Below are positions 45,311 to 58,553 of a stretch of 64,000 nt of DNA, one piece after another; within the stretch, counting starts at the first letter, position 1; the number at the start of each line of letters is the position of its first letter. The position numbers and the translations under genes were made by a program. Origin of the DNA: the human T2T-CHM13v2.0 reference genome, Homo sapiens; the NCBI RefSeq assembly GCF_009914755.1, contig NC_060944.1; one strand, written 5' to 3'. Below the pieces are notes generated by a model. That model was given only the letters and a program-made list of their open reading frames with translations, made no database searches and was not told where the DNA came from.

Positions 45311-47699
45311 GTGGGTGAGCCAGGCTTCTAATTTTTTAGTTTTTATCCTATTGCTGCGAACGAGTCTGTGACTGTTTTCTTTTAGGCTACACCTGCTCTG
45401 GGTAATGGAGGGAAATTGCCTGAAAAAGAAGTTGCCCGTTGCAATTTCCAGAGTAACAATGGGCTTGGGGAAACAAAAATCTGTTTAAAAAGATGTACTT
45501 TTCAATTATCTTGTGCCTTGTGTACTGCTCATGGTACTGCTTGTCAATTGCTATTAATGAGGATAATTCTAATAACAGTCACATTCATCTGTGATGTTTC
45601 TCAACCAACTGTGAATAAACACGCCGTAGGTCTTCCCTGTTTCTCTTGATGGCACAGTCTTGGTGGTTCTTGTAAATGTGAAGCTGCCTCTGGGCCAACT
45701 CGACAGACCAGTGTACTGGGGACAGGTGCTGAAGCCAGGCAGGAAGGCAGCTGTCTTCCTCAAAGAACAGGCACCAGCCTAGTTGCAATTCTCTTCCCAT
45801 CACTAGAGGACTCAGGACATTTGTGTTCCTTTCAGAACAGGTGGAGGAGAAAAGGAAGCAGCAGCAGCAAGGAGTTTTCCCCAGAGAAAGAGGACTGGCA
45901 GTGTCCGCGGCAGGGAGGCAGCACGCTGGCTTGGTTTCCATCTTGCTACAATCCCAAATATATCCATGAGTAGGGAGACAGTAGTGGGTTTCCAGGGGAG
46001 ATGGAGAAATGATGCTAGTTAATGTCCAACACAGGACATTAAAAAATAGAAATAGTGCCTCTCCCTTATTCACTCTGTCATAAAATTACCAGAAGCTGAA
46101 GTCGTGAGAATGGCCGGGGAGCTAGGGGGGAGCATGGATGTGACCATGCAGGACCCATGGCTGGAGCCACCTGGGGGCAGCCAGGTATATCCTGGCCACA
46201 CAAACTGCAAAGCCCACTGCTCTTGTTTCTTTCATCTGAAATGTGGAGGGGACATGATAAAAATGGAAATGACCCTTTGTTCAACCAAGAGGCTGACCAA
46301 ACCACCAACTGAGGCTTTGATTTAAAACTTGCCTAACTCAGAATCAATTGTGGTAAACTGAGGCCCATTGAGACAGTAGTTTATTAGTGAGAAAATAAAA
46401 AATAAGGGTTTTGTGCCTATTTTTAATTGGCTTAGGATTATTAAATATCCCACAGCACCTAGGGAGGGTTGGGGTTAAATTTCATTTACTTTCTTACTAT
46501 CGGCATTTAGCAATTAATGTAAAGGCTCTTGGACATTCACTATTAAAGCTATTTGGACTGTACAAAAGGTGATATGAATACTGATTTTTAAACACATGTG
46601 CTATATTTGCCATTACTGTAGAATTTTTTAGGTGATAAGGATGAACTACATCACCAGGTTGACATTCCAATTCAGTGGGTATCATGGAGGGACTCTGTGA
46701 TGTTCCAGAACCTGCAGCTGCTATTATTATCTGATCTGTCTCGTGTGCTACAGTGGATATTTGCCCAAGCTCATATACATTTCTCTGCAAGGTCTATTGA
46801 ATGTCGCTGGTATTCGTAACATAATAATCAAAATGAATTGTTGCTCTGGTGGTAGAATGAATACACAGGGCTGATTAATCCACTTGCAGAAACCCTGAAA
46901 TGAAGATGAAAAACATAATAACAGCCACCCTTAACATTAACCCTGTGGGGCTTTTTATTAATTGGTCCAGATTTAAGCACAGCTTTTAATCAACTTGGAG
47001 GCTTTTAAGTCTACATCACCAGAACTGCTTGTTCATCTCCAAGAACAGTGAATTAAATGTTGAACAAATGTCAGGGAAGGTCCTTTTAAGAGAGCTCATC
47101 TTAGGACATTTCATCTACAACCACATCTTATAATTAAGCAGTGCAGCCACGCACCTGATCAAGCCTATATCTGGAGACAATTTGCTTTCAATTTTTTATA
47201 GAAGAAGGAAGAAGGGATATCTCCATGCTGTGGATGAGACACTCCTGAATCTATACCTGGGTAATTCAAGCCAAAACAAGCACTCTTGTGAGAGAGTGGT
47301 GCGGGGAAAGAAATCTTACCCAGACGATGGATTCAAAACACCAGGATAATAAACTGGCCAATAATGTTGATTTTAGCAGAGGTCTTAACATGTTTGAGTT
47401 TCAAGGAAACCTTTGAAATGTTCTCTCCAGAACAGTGAAAATATGAACATATATATGTCCTAAATGCAAATGAAATGCAGGGGGTTATGGATCCTTGAAT
47501 GTCTACCCTCTGACTGAAAGGTAGGAGACCCAAGTCAGATATTTTCATAACAACTAGTGGTGTTTCTTTGATAGGCCTCTCTACATCTGTTATTATTGGT
47601 TTGTTGCCTGTCTTTCATGTTGGCCTATAAGCTCTCTGAAGGCAGAGGCTATGTAATCTGGGTTCCAAACATGATACCTTGAGGCATGGTGCCTTGGCA

Positions 47700-48246
47700 G
47701 GCTGCATATTTTTGAGCTGAAGGAGATTGTGAGGGTTTCAGAAACAAAAGATCTCTCTGCCCTTCTTCCACTCTACTTTCTCGTCCTCCTTCTCCCCCTT
47801 TTGGGTATAAAAACTAGAACCCCTTTCCCCAGAGAACCAAGCCATCCAACCTAGGAAGGTCACTGTCTGGCCTCCTCCATGTGCCCCTGAAGATCCTCTT
47901 GTGACAGGTGTCCTGTTCTTTGTGGGAAGGAACGCCATGCAGAGATACAGACAAGCATATGAACATATAGACCTTGCTAAAGTATCCCACAGTTTATTAC
48001 CATTAGATCACACCCCTTGTGTCCAATGACATTTCCCCACAACCATCACTTATTTCATCAGACTTCATATAAAAATACATCGTTTTCCCTGGGTCTTTGG
48101 GTCTTCATTTCTGAAGACTCCCATGTCACATCGAACATTGTTAAGTAAATTTGTCTTTTCTCCTGTTACTCTGTCTTTTGTTATGGAAGTGTCAGCCATG
48201 AACCTTGCAATGGGTAAATAAAAGATATCACTTTTTCTCTCTTACA
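47700..48246 (+). mobile_element. ERV1-class solo LTR (MER31/MER67-like)
   Basis: tattttgagctgaagg, gggtctttgggtcttcatttctgaagactcccatgtcac and terminal ctcttaca. Confidence 0.75.
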
Positions 48247-48546
48247 ATCTTTATTACTGAACCCCAGCATATAATGCAAGGCCCAGGACATAGGTAGAAG
48301 TCAACAAATATTTATGAAATTATAAGGAAGAATATTTCTCTATTAAACATTTAAATTTCTTGTCTAAGACAAAATAATGCTAAGATTAAAAAACAGTAGA
48401 AACAAATACCCAAAATTAAGAGAAAATTGATTATTCCCAGGCCTCCAATACACATGGTTAACTTTCACTGTAGCTGATTTACCTAATGATAATGAACTCA
48501 TGGAAAGCAGTGTTTGTAATTATATCTGATTCATTTAGTTCTCTAA

Positions 48547-48733
48547 CCAGCAGTGTTCGAACCTCAGCATGCATAAGAGCTACCTGGAGAGGTTGTGAAA
48601 GCATAGATTGCTGGATTTTACCCTCAGATATTGTTATTCTGGAGGTCTCGGGCTTGAAATTCTGCTTTTCTAGCAAGCTCCAGATGATGCTGACACTGCT
48701 GGCCCAAGGACTGCACTTTGATGAGCAAGGTTC
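48547..48733. mobile_element. MER5A MITE
   Basis: cagcagtgttcgaacctcagcatgca...tctagcaagctccagatgatgctga...cactttga. Confidence 0.85.
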
Positions 48734-49269
48734 TAAATTAGCCCATGAAGCGATTCTAATGATCTCATTTTACAGATAAGAAATCTTGAGAGTCACATCA
48801 GCCCCAGGTAACACAACAGAGCTGGAGGTCTGAAGACAGACCATTAGACTATGGTTTCTGTTTGTGAGTTCTTACTGTATGGTGCAACTCTACATGTTGG
48901 CCAGAAAAGCATCTTCTTCACATCTGTACTTTGTATTTCTCATAAGGTTCTTCTTTAGGAGATAGGACTACAAAGTAATTAAGCTCTTAATTTGTTTTAT
49001 TAGAGAAACACTGTAGCAGAAACACTTATAGCAGCATTAACTCAATTTTAAAGAAAAAAAGTACATCTCTCTAAATCTCTCAATTTTATCTGAGGTTTCT
49101 TTTTGCATTTTTGTCAAAAGCATGGTAATTTTTAAATGAATGTAATCATGGTGAATGTAGAATTTGTGCTCAATTGTATTTAACATATTGAGCATTTTTC
49201 ATTAGGTTGCATTTTTCATTAGGTTGCATTATTTTGATGATGGTTAAATAAATATACTAAGATATGCAT

Positions 49270-49680
49270 GTGCAACTGAGTGTTATCAGTTCAATATAAT
49301 TACCTTGAGAGGCTATAGGTCTACTCCATTGCAAGGGAGTTAATCAAACATATTTAGGATACATCTTTTGAAAAATTGTCTGATTTAAAATCTCATTCTT
49401 ATGAAATACTAAATTCGAACTCATTTGTGAGCCGTTTTCTCTTCCATTAGCCCTCTTTTATGCATGTTTTAGAGAACTAGTTTTCTAGAATAGCAGTGTT
49501 ATTCAGCCTTAATATTGGTTTTGATCATAAAGGGATTACTCAAGTTACCCATAATTATTAAGCTTGCTTGGCTCTGAAGGACTTTTGCCATTTCCAAAAT
49601 GCAAATGTATCTTCAGGGGGTCAATACTGGCCACTACTGAGGATGTTTTAAACATGCCCTAGGGGACATGGAGAAGACGT
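49270..49680 (+). mobile_element. Ancient mariner (MARNA-like) transposase relic
   Basis: ttggctctgaaggacttttgccatttccaaaa...gccactactgaggat resembles the mariner DLAPxDFxLFPK...F-T-ED region. Confidence 0.55.
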
Positions 49681-50099
49681 ACATGTTGTGGTGTGGACGG
49701 TTCCCTACTTTATGGTGTCACTCCAAAATTGACCTGTAAATCCCTATAAAAATGTACTTTCTTTAGAGTGGACTAGTGTAAACTTCTTTTGAAAATATAA
49801 ATATATGTAAATGATATATTCTCATCTATTTATATGAGCAATTCAGTAGCCTAGGTCTACTGGTCTCCATAATGCTACAATAATGAAATCATTTTGGTAC
49901 AGGGGCATGCACAAAAGCAGGGTGAATGAAAGAGAAAAGGGCTCACAAATGAGTTTGAATTCACTATTTCATAAGAATGAGATTTCAAATCATTGTGAAT
50001 TGATAGATATTTTAGTTTATGGAATTGCGACAATATTAGCTTGATATTTGGATATAATGTAGAGGATCTTTATCTAAATTGCTGCACTGAAAAATAATG

Positions 50100-51660
50100 C
50101 AGATGGGTGGGAGTCGGGTGAGGGTTAAAAATGTACCTACTGGATAAAATGTATCCTATTTGGGTGATGGGTGCATTAAAAGCCCAGACTTCATCACTAT
50201 GCAATATAATGCCTTTGTACTCCTTGAATCTATAAAAATATAAAAATAATTTAAAAACTCAGATGCAACAAAGATTTGAGCACTTAAATAAAGCTAAACT
50301 GTAAAACCACCCAAAGAAAATATGAAAGACTGATGCATTTGACTATACAAAATGCAAAGTTCAGTGTGGCAACAATGGCATATTATAAACAAAGGTCAAA
50401 AAATGATAAACTTGGAAAAAATATTCTTAGCATGTAAGAACAAAGAGTAATTTCCCTTAATATATAAAGTATATACCCAAAGGATTATAAATCATTCTAC
50501 TTTGAAGACACATGCACACCTATGTTTATTGCAGCACTGTTTACAATAACAAAGACTTGGAACCTACCCAAATGCCCATGAATGATAGACTGGATAAAGA
50601 AAATGTGGCACATATACACCGTGGACTACTACACAGCCATAAAAAAGGATGAGTTCATGTCCTTTGCAGGGACATGGATGAAGCTGGAAACCATCATTCC
50701 CAGCAAACGAACACAGGAACAGAAAACCAAATACTGCATGTTCTTACTCATAGTGGGAGTTGGGCAGTGAAAACACATGGACACAGGGAGGGGAACAACA
50801 CACATTGGAGACTGTCGGGGGTGGGGGGCTAGGAGAGGGATAGCATTAGGACAAATACCTAATGCATGCGGGGCTTAAAACCTAGATGATGGGTTGATAG
50901 GTGCAGCAAACCACCATGGCGTATGTATACCTATGTAACAAACCTGCAGGCTCTGTACATGTATCCCAGAACTTAAAGTAAAATAATTTTTAAAAGTACT
51001 CTTGCAAATCAATAATATAAGGCTAGAACCACAACAGAAAAATGTACAACAGATAAGACAAAAAAACAGAACTACAAATAGTCTATAGACCAGCAAAAAG
51101 CTGTTCAACATCAGTCCTATTAAGTAGAGGCACATTAAAACAAAAATGAGAATTTTTAACCCACCAAATTAGAAGCCATACTAATATTTAATAATTTATA
51201 GTATTACTAACAATTTGTTAAGGGAACTAGGCAGTCTCACATGCTCTTGATGAGAGTATGAATTTCTGCAACTTCATTGGATATCAAAGTAATGATTAAA
51301 AATCTACCACAAAATAAAATGTGCATATACCTTAAACCAGAAATTTTACTTCTAGGAATTTATCTTACAAACACACTCATAAATGTGCACTGAAACATAT
51401 GTGTAAATATGCTCATTACAAAATTGTCTATAATCTTTTAAAAAATGAGAAGCAATGTAAAGTCGATAAGAAGGGGAATGGCTATATAAATTATGAAATA
51501 TCCATTCAATAGAATACTAGATAATTACAAAGAATGAAGTAGAGCTTTGTATGCTGACAAGGAAAAAATCCCCAAAAGATATATTTTCAAATTAGAAAGG
51601 AGGAAGAAAGACAAGACAAATTGTAGGCTAGCATATAAAGTTTACATATTATGCTTCTGT
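50100..51660 (+). mobile_element. Old L1M 3' region fragments, interrupted by a younger L1PA
   Basis: catttgactatacaaaat, tttactctaggaatttatc-like motif, tccattcaatagaatact. Confidence 0.7.
50469..50992 (+). mobile_element. 5'-truncated L1PA7/8-like fragment
   Basis: [13 protein letters not shown]...; 3'UTR aatgcatgcggggcttaaaacctagatgatgggttgataggtgcagcaaaccacc; short possible TSD aaagta. Confidence 0.92.
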
Positions 51661-51794
51661 ATTTTATGAGGTGAGTCTTCAAGGTTAAAAAATAGTATCT
51701 AATGTTTATTTAGTTCTCCCTATGAGTAAGTACATATCTCATCAGAATATCATGAAGGTGAAATGAGGTGATGTACGTAACAATCCATGAGCTA

Positions 51795-52215
51795 TGTTCC
51801 AGTTATCTATTGCCATGTAACATAACATTTGAGCACTTAAGTAGTTTAAAACAATAAGGATTCATTCATTGCTGTAATTCTGTCTGTTGTCTGGGTGGTG
51901 TTTCTGATGGCCTTACCTGGGCTCCCTCATATGCTGCATTAAGCTGGCTAATTGGCCAGGGTTTGAACTTATCTGCAAAGCCTGGAATGGCTGGACCTCT
52001 CTCTCCACATGGCCTTTCACCTGGGCTCCTTCCCGGGGAGTTTCTCCATATCATGGTGGTCTCAAGACGGCATTCCAAAAGAAAAGCCTCGGTGCACAAG
52101 AACTTAGCAGGCTTCTACTTGCTTCAAATTCATAAGTTTCATGACTTATAGGAGAGTCAACTTGGAAATGGAAAGCAGGAGGTAAGATTTTCTGGGAGCC
52201 ATTATTGTATAAAAC
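51795..52215 (-). mobile_element. MLT1 solo LTR remnant
   Basis: tgttccagttatctattgcc...cttaagtagtttaaaacaa...ctctctccacatggcc. Confidence 0.75.
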
Positions 52216-52562
52216 TATGGCAAGATTTGTATAATCTCTTCCTTTCTTACTAATGAGAAAACCCCAGGCTTAGAAAGAATTAAATGACTTGCCAAAGGTC
52301 ACAGTGCTACTAAGGAGCAGAGTGGAAAGTTCACCCTTGATATTTTGGCTCCAGACAATGTGCTCTTGACCAGTACTCTCTGTAGAATCCCACCGTTTTC
52401 CCTAACTCAAACCACCTACTTTCTCTTTGTATCTTTAATTTTAACTTCAGTTTCCTTTGTGTACCATTTTAAACCAGCTGTTTCCAAAGCATACTCCAAC
52501 TTCTGCTTTCTTTCACGTTTGGTTGATCCGATTAAACTTCTCTTGGAGCCTTATTGTTGCAT

Positions 52563-52866
<304 letters not shown>

Positions 52867-52888
52867 ATTGTTTGTTTATATGCTCTGC

Positions 52889-53244
52889 TAATAATGGTTT
52901 GGCTCTGTGTCTCCACCCAGATCTCATCTTGAATTGTACTCCTATAATTCCCATGTGTTGTGGGAGGGACCCAATGGGAGATAATTTGAATCATAGGAGC
53001 AGTTTCCCCCATACTGTTCTCATGGTAGTGAATAAGTCCCACAAGATCTGATGGCTTTATCAGGGGTTTCCACTTTTGCATCTTCCTTATTTTCTCTTGC
53101 TGCTGCCATGTAAGAAGTGCCTTTCACCTCCCGCCACGATTCTGAGGCCTCCCCAGCCACGTGGAACTTTAAATCTAATTAAGCCTCTTTTTCTCCCCAG
53201 CCTCTGATATGTTTTTATCAGCAGCGTAAAAACGGACTAATACA
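52889..53244 (+). mobile_element. THE1 (THE1C-like) MaLR solo LTR
   Basis: atggtttggctctgtgtctccacccagatctcatcttgaattgta...aaacggactaataca, with a 5-bp TSD tctgc/cctgc. Confidence 0.93.
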
Positions 53245-54189
53245 CCTGCCTTTCCTCAACTCTCTGCATTTAACTGCCTCCTGGAATGTCTTCTCCTTTC
53301 ATAACTGCCTCTCAGAATCCCAGCAATACTTCAAAGTCTATTCTGCATATCATACCTTCAACTAAGTTTTCTAACCCCAAGGCAATACTGATTGTTGCTA
53401 ATGATCTAACACTTTATATTAACACTCTTAACATACATCACAATATTTAGGTATGAAACTTTTATGTGACTTTCAGCCAGCAAGATTGCAAGCTCCTTAG
53501 ATGTGAGAGGTCTGGAAGAATACACCTTTGCATGCACCATTTTGCTGACAATAACATCTTATAAATGTCGAGCTTTGACTGAATGACTGTGAAGATGCCT
53601 TTTTTTCTGATTTGTAGTCCCTCTTTAAATATTCTATAACAGTGATGTTTAGACTCCATTGTGCATAGGAATCAGTTTTCAATGAATGGAATTGAGACAG
53701 GTTAGTTAGATATATGAAAACTTAATTTTGTTGTTCTCTATCTAAATTGGGTAACTTATTAAAATGCTAGTAGTTTCTGATTTCACAGGTCTATCTTAGG
53801 GTCTAATATTCTGAATTTTTGACAGACTTCTAAGCATCTAAGTGATGCCGATATTTCTCATCCATGGACCATACTTTGAGTAGTAATATCCTATAAGACA
53901 CAATTCTTGGAGCCCAACCCTAAAATAATACAGCAAGAGTACTATAAAGCAAGCTATTATCTATAAAACAACCAATAAAATAGTTAAAATGAGAGTATTC
54001 AAGGTAAATTCAGTACAATTTCCACCACCAATTACAATCCAATGTTTATGGCCTTTGAACCCTCTGCTAATCCTGGTTTTTGTTTTGACCTGTTAGACTG
54101 AAGATGTAAAAAATAACCACTAATGTAGACTTGAATGTCTCGCTAGTTTATATTTTTCTTAGTTTATCTGAGATGATTTCAAAGATGAA

Positions 54190-55190
54190 TGTGTCCTCAT
54201 AATATCTTTCTTAGTTTCCCCAGCTTCACTGTAGTCCTGTGTTAGTCTAGTCTCCTAACTGCAACCAATATGGTCACATTACAATGCAAATATGGTTCTC
54301 TCTCTCTGTCTCTCTCCTTAGTTAAAAACCATTTGTGGATAAAGTCTGAACTCTGTGTATGGCTGGCATTGCCACTGCTTATCTCTCCAGTCTTTATATT
54401 CCATAATCCAATTGTATCATATGTGATAGTCTAGGTTTATGTTGAATAAATATTCACACATACCTCCTCAATGAGGGAAGAGTGTATTCCTCCATCTCAT
54501 GGCTTTGGGCTTAGACACAATGACCTGTCATGAGAAGAACATGTCTGAGTGATTGCTGTCAGTAACTGCTGGGTAATTTCAGCATGGTCCCTAAAATAAA
54601 CACATGGAATAATGCCTGACTGCAATCCACATTTGGACCTGGACCTAAACCTAGAAGAATGAGAGTCTAAATCTGAGACATCCTTCTGAGCTCATTGTAG
54701 ATCAGCCAACCTATGAATGAAAGAATAAATGCTTATGGTAGGAAATCACTGAACTTTCAGGTGACTTGTTACACAGCATTCTTACAGCTGACTGATACAT
54801 CACCAGCCTTTCATTTCCTATCATTTTTCTATCTCTATTTCTCCTCTGGGATTTTATACAGACCATAATTTCTGCCTGAACCACTCTTCCCCTTACCACT
54901 CCTGGTCTGGCTATCTTCTCTTTATCTTCATGGTCCCAGCTTTGAAGAAACTTCTTCCTCTGAAAAGACTTCCTTGCTCTGAGATCTAGATAGCATATCC
55001 TCCTATGTACCTCAGCATCATGATGTACTTCCCTAATAGTTTTTCTTATCCATTATAATTGCATAATTAATTTTCCTTCTCTCTCACTCAACTGTAAACT
55101 TCCAGAGAGCAGGAGGTATATCTGCTTGGTTAATTTTGGAATCCCAATGCCTACGACAGGACTGGGACGTTTTAGAGCTATTGATGAAAT
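54190..55190 (+). mobile_element. L2 remnant containing an MLT1 LTR (about 54410-54798)
   Basis: L2 motifs ggataaagtctgaactc and ctgtaaacttccagagagcagg. The MLT1 ends aataaatgctta...ttgttacacagcatt...gctgactgataca. Confidence 0.65.
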
Positions 55191-55919
55191 CTTGTGGAAA
55201 CACTTCAATTTTGAGTATCTGCATTTTATTTTGTGACCTTGTTTATGTCCTATAATGCCTTTGCTCTTACCTGAAGTTAAAGCCAGGTTGATAACTGTTA
55301 ATAGTAATTTAATATTGATAACTACTAATTATAGAAAGCAGAACTATTTGGCATTAAAAAAAAACAAACAAGCAAATAAGAAAATGAGCAAAAACAAGGA
55401 ATGCATTTGAATAATAATATACCATGTACCTCATACTTTCACATGAGCTGGGAAGGAGGAGAGCTATCAACTACTCTATAAATAAGATAGCAGCTGGTTG
55501 CATTGGAGATTCTCATATTTCATGACTGTTGAGAGGTGTGTTTTGAGCAATGAGATTCATGGAGACACAAGTTAATTTAACTCCTGTCAAAAGGCGATAG
55601 GATGAGAATGCCAGTTTGTCTAGGAAAAGAGATGGTGACCCCTTTGGAGGAGACAGCAATGGATTAAAACATCCCATATTTTGTTGAGAGAATCTTCACA
55701 TTAGATGTTAACTTTCTCACTGGAACTTGCATTTTTATATGATTCCATGATATTTCAAGGCATCTAGGACATTTTATCTGCTCCAATTTTCGATCTGCTT
55801 TTTGTGCTGAATTTCTTTCTCTTTAAGTCCCTTGGGAGCTGCAGTCATAGCCATGAAACATGCCATATAATCAATAACCAACCAGCCAGCCAACCAACCA
55901 AAGAAATAATATTTGCCTG

Positions 55920-56390
55920 TATTTTAAAAATATGTCATAGTTACAAAAGACAAAGAAAAGCTGAGCAGCTATCACAGATTAAGCTCTAAAAATAAATAAC
56001 AGCTGAAGATGGTATATGATGTTGAGTTAGGTTCAAACTTTTAAATTTTTTTCATGAAAGATATTACTGCGACAATTATTGAAAGTGGATTATGGACTGC
56101 AGATTATGTGGAAGTGTTAAATTTAATGTTAAATATCCTCATTTTGATAACTGTTTAGTTTTATGTGAGAAATTGTCTTTGATTTTAGGAAATATGTATT
56201 AAAGCATCAAGAAATAAAAAAGCATGTTGTCCTCAACCTACCATGTAATAGTTCAGACAAGAAAAATAGACTAGTATAGCAAAATGGTAAAAGTCAATGA
56301 ATATAGGTAAAGAGTGCATGAAAGTTTTTGTACTATTCTTGTAAGTTTTCTGTGAACTTGAAATTATTACACATATTTTTAAAGTTAAAA
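55920..56390 (+). mobile_element. Old L1 (L1MC/ME) 3'UTR fragment
   Basis: aatgttaaatatcctcattttgataactg...tttttgtactattcttgtaagttttctgtgaacttgaaattatt. Confidence 0.75.
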
Positions 56391-57349
56391 AGGAACAAAC
56401 TTCTAGATTTGTTTGCAGGTCTACAGGGCCCATTTTAGTGAGCTTTCTGCTTTTGGAATTCACTGAACCACATGGGGGCACTAAATCCTATGTTCCTATA
56501 CAACATCAAACTCCAGGGGTCCCATGCCAACATCCGCATGAACTTCAACAGTCTCGTATCTGCTCCACTACTAGAATGTGCTGATTATTCTCAGATAGCT
56601 GGAGCACTGCAGAACAGCTACAGAGCCCAGAGTTTATGCTGGAATCATAAACTAGATCCAGATAAAGCAGTGGTTCCAGAGTTTCTGTATGATGGGAGTT
56701 GGGAGGCCACAGTCGGCATTGGATGAATGTTTAGGAGTGCCTTGGGAGATAGTGAGAGAATAAGGGGATAAACCCCTGAAGAACACTTACTGGTGCTGCT
56801 GCTGATTCATATATTAGAATAGATTTATTTCTTTTGCCCAGATGTTACTGCAAGGCCAAAAACAAAGAGCAACTACAGCACAAGGTTCAGAGCAAGGAAC
56901 GAGCTGAGACTATCTGAAACAGAGTTAGCTTCGCTGAAGTCATTTCATAAAAAGAAATTACCAGAACCAAACAGTGCTCCTAAATGAACAATAAAATATA
57001 CAATAACATTAGCTCTCATTTTCTATATATGCAAACATCCACGCCAAATAAAACTCTTAGAGCTACATGAAAGTCTGTTAGTAAGTAATTTACTTTTTGG
57101 TGTAACTGATCCAAAAACTTATTTTGCTCTCAACTTTAACTGTTTACTTTCTCTAGGCTGTTCTGAAAACAAGCACACAGACACATACCAAAAAATTAAA
57201 ATCCTTTATAACACTTGGCCTGTAATTTTAAGGATACATTATACGTTAAAATAAAAAGTTTTATGTTGCCTTTATAAACCATTCATTTTACGTTTTCCTT
57301 CAAATTGGGTGATTTATTTACTCATTTAACATTTATCCAATACCTACTC

Positions 57350-57797
57350 TAGTAGATATGTAAGTGCACCACCATAGCCCCTTGGCCTTCCCTGGAAATT
57401 GTCTACGGATTCATTAAACAATTCCCACTTTTAGCATTTGGGACTCTCGGCTTAAAGGCTTTCTGTGGCTGCAAGCATGGGCTGAAGGGATAGACCAGAA
57501 ATGATGAGAAGTTACTGTTCCCTGTAGCAAGCATCAACCAATGAGGGGTGGGAACCCGTGGATAAGAACTTCAGCTTTTCACTGCCTCAGTGAAATAATT
57601 CTGAGGTGTGTCCCATGCAATTTTCCCAGTGGGGTTATCCAGTTGCACATGATGGAGACTTGCTCAACACCACACCCTTTACTGGTTGTCTTCTCTTCCC
57701 TCTTTCACTTTCCCAATCCCTCACCTCTGTTTCTTGGGTTGCATCTCAAAGAAATTACCTGAACCAAAGTTATTGTCTCTGTGTATTCAAACCAAGC
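57350..57797 (+). mobile_element. LTR16-like ERVL solo LTR
   Basis: aaccaatgaggggtggga...gtggataa...aattctgaggtgtg...ccagttgcac...tcactttcccaatccctcacc. Confidence 0.7.
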
Positions 57798-58553
57798 CAC
57801 CTTCTCTGCCCAAAGGACTGGTCTATGCATGACAGAAAAAGTCTCTGCCACAAGACAGAAAATGTTTCTCCTCTCCTGGAGCTTACCTTCAAGTGGAAGA
57901 AGCAAGCTCAACCAAGTAAACAGTTCAGAAATAGAAGACATTAGGAGTACTGAGGAGTGAAGATGTAATATAGGATAATAGGAGAGAAAATGGGTATGGA
58001 GTATCTGCTGGAAGAAATATTGAGCAAAACTAGGACATGAAAAAAGGGTAAACTGAAGATGGCCGAAAAGGAACAGCTCCGGTCTACAGCTCCCAGCGTG
58101 AGCGATGCAGAAGATGGGTGATTTCTGCATTTCCATCTGAGCTTTGAAGACAGCAGTGGTTCTCCCAGCATGCAGCTGGAGATCTGAGAACGGGAAGACT
58201 GCCTCCTCAAGTGGGTCCCTGACCCCTGACCCCTGAGCAGCCTAACTGGGAGGCACACCCCAGTAGGGTCAGACTGACACCTCACACGGCCGGGTACTAC
58301 TCTGAGACAAAACTTCCAGAGGAACGATCAGACAGCAGCATTCACCGTTCATGAAAAACCACTGTTCTGCAGACGCCACTGCTGATACCCAGGCAAACAG
58401 GGTCTGGAGTGGACCTCTAGCAAACTCCAACAGACCTGCAGCTGAGGGTCCTCTCTGTTGGAAGGAAAACTAACAAACAGAAAGGACATCCACACCAAAA
58501 ACACATCTGTACATCACCATCATCAAAGACCAAAAGTAGATAAAACCACAAAG

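Noticed and set aside
45897-45925. REST/RE1 or CTCF site (ggcagtgtccgcggcagggaggcagca)
   Set aside because: Only one RE1 half-site resembles consensus, and the CTCF core has several mismatches at key positions.
45585-46790. 162-aa and 97-aa minus-strand ORFs in the unique block as host coding exons
   Set aside because: They have non-ATG starts, no recognisable domain and no convincing minus-strand splice architecture.
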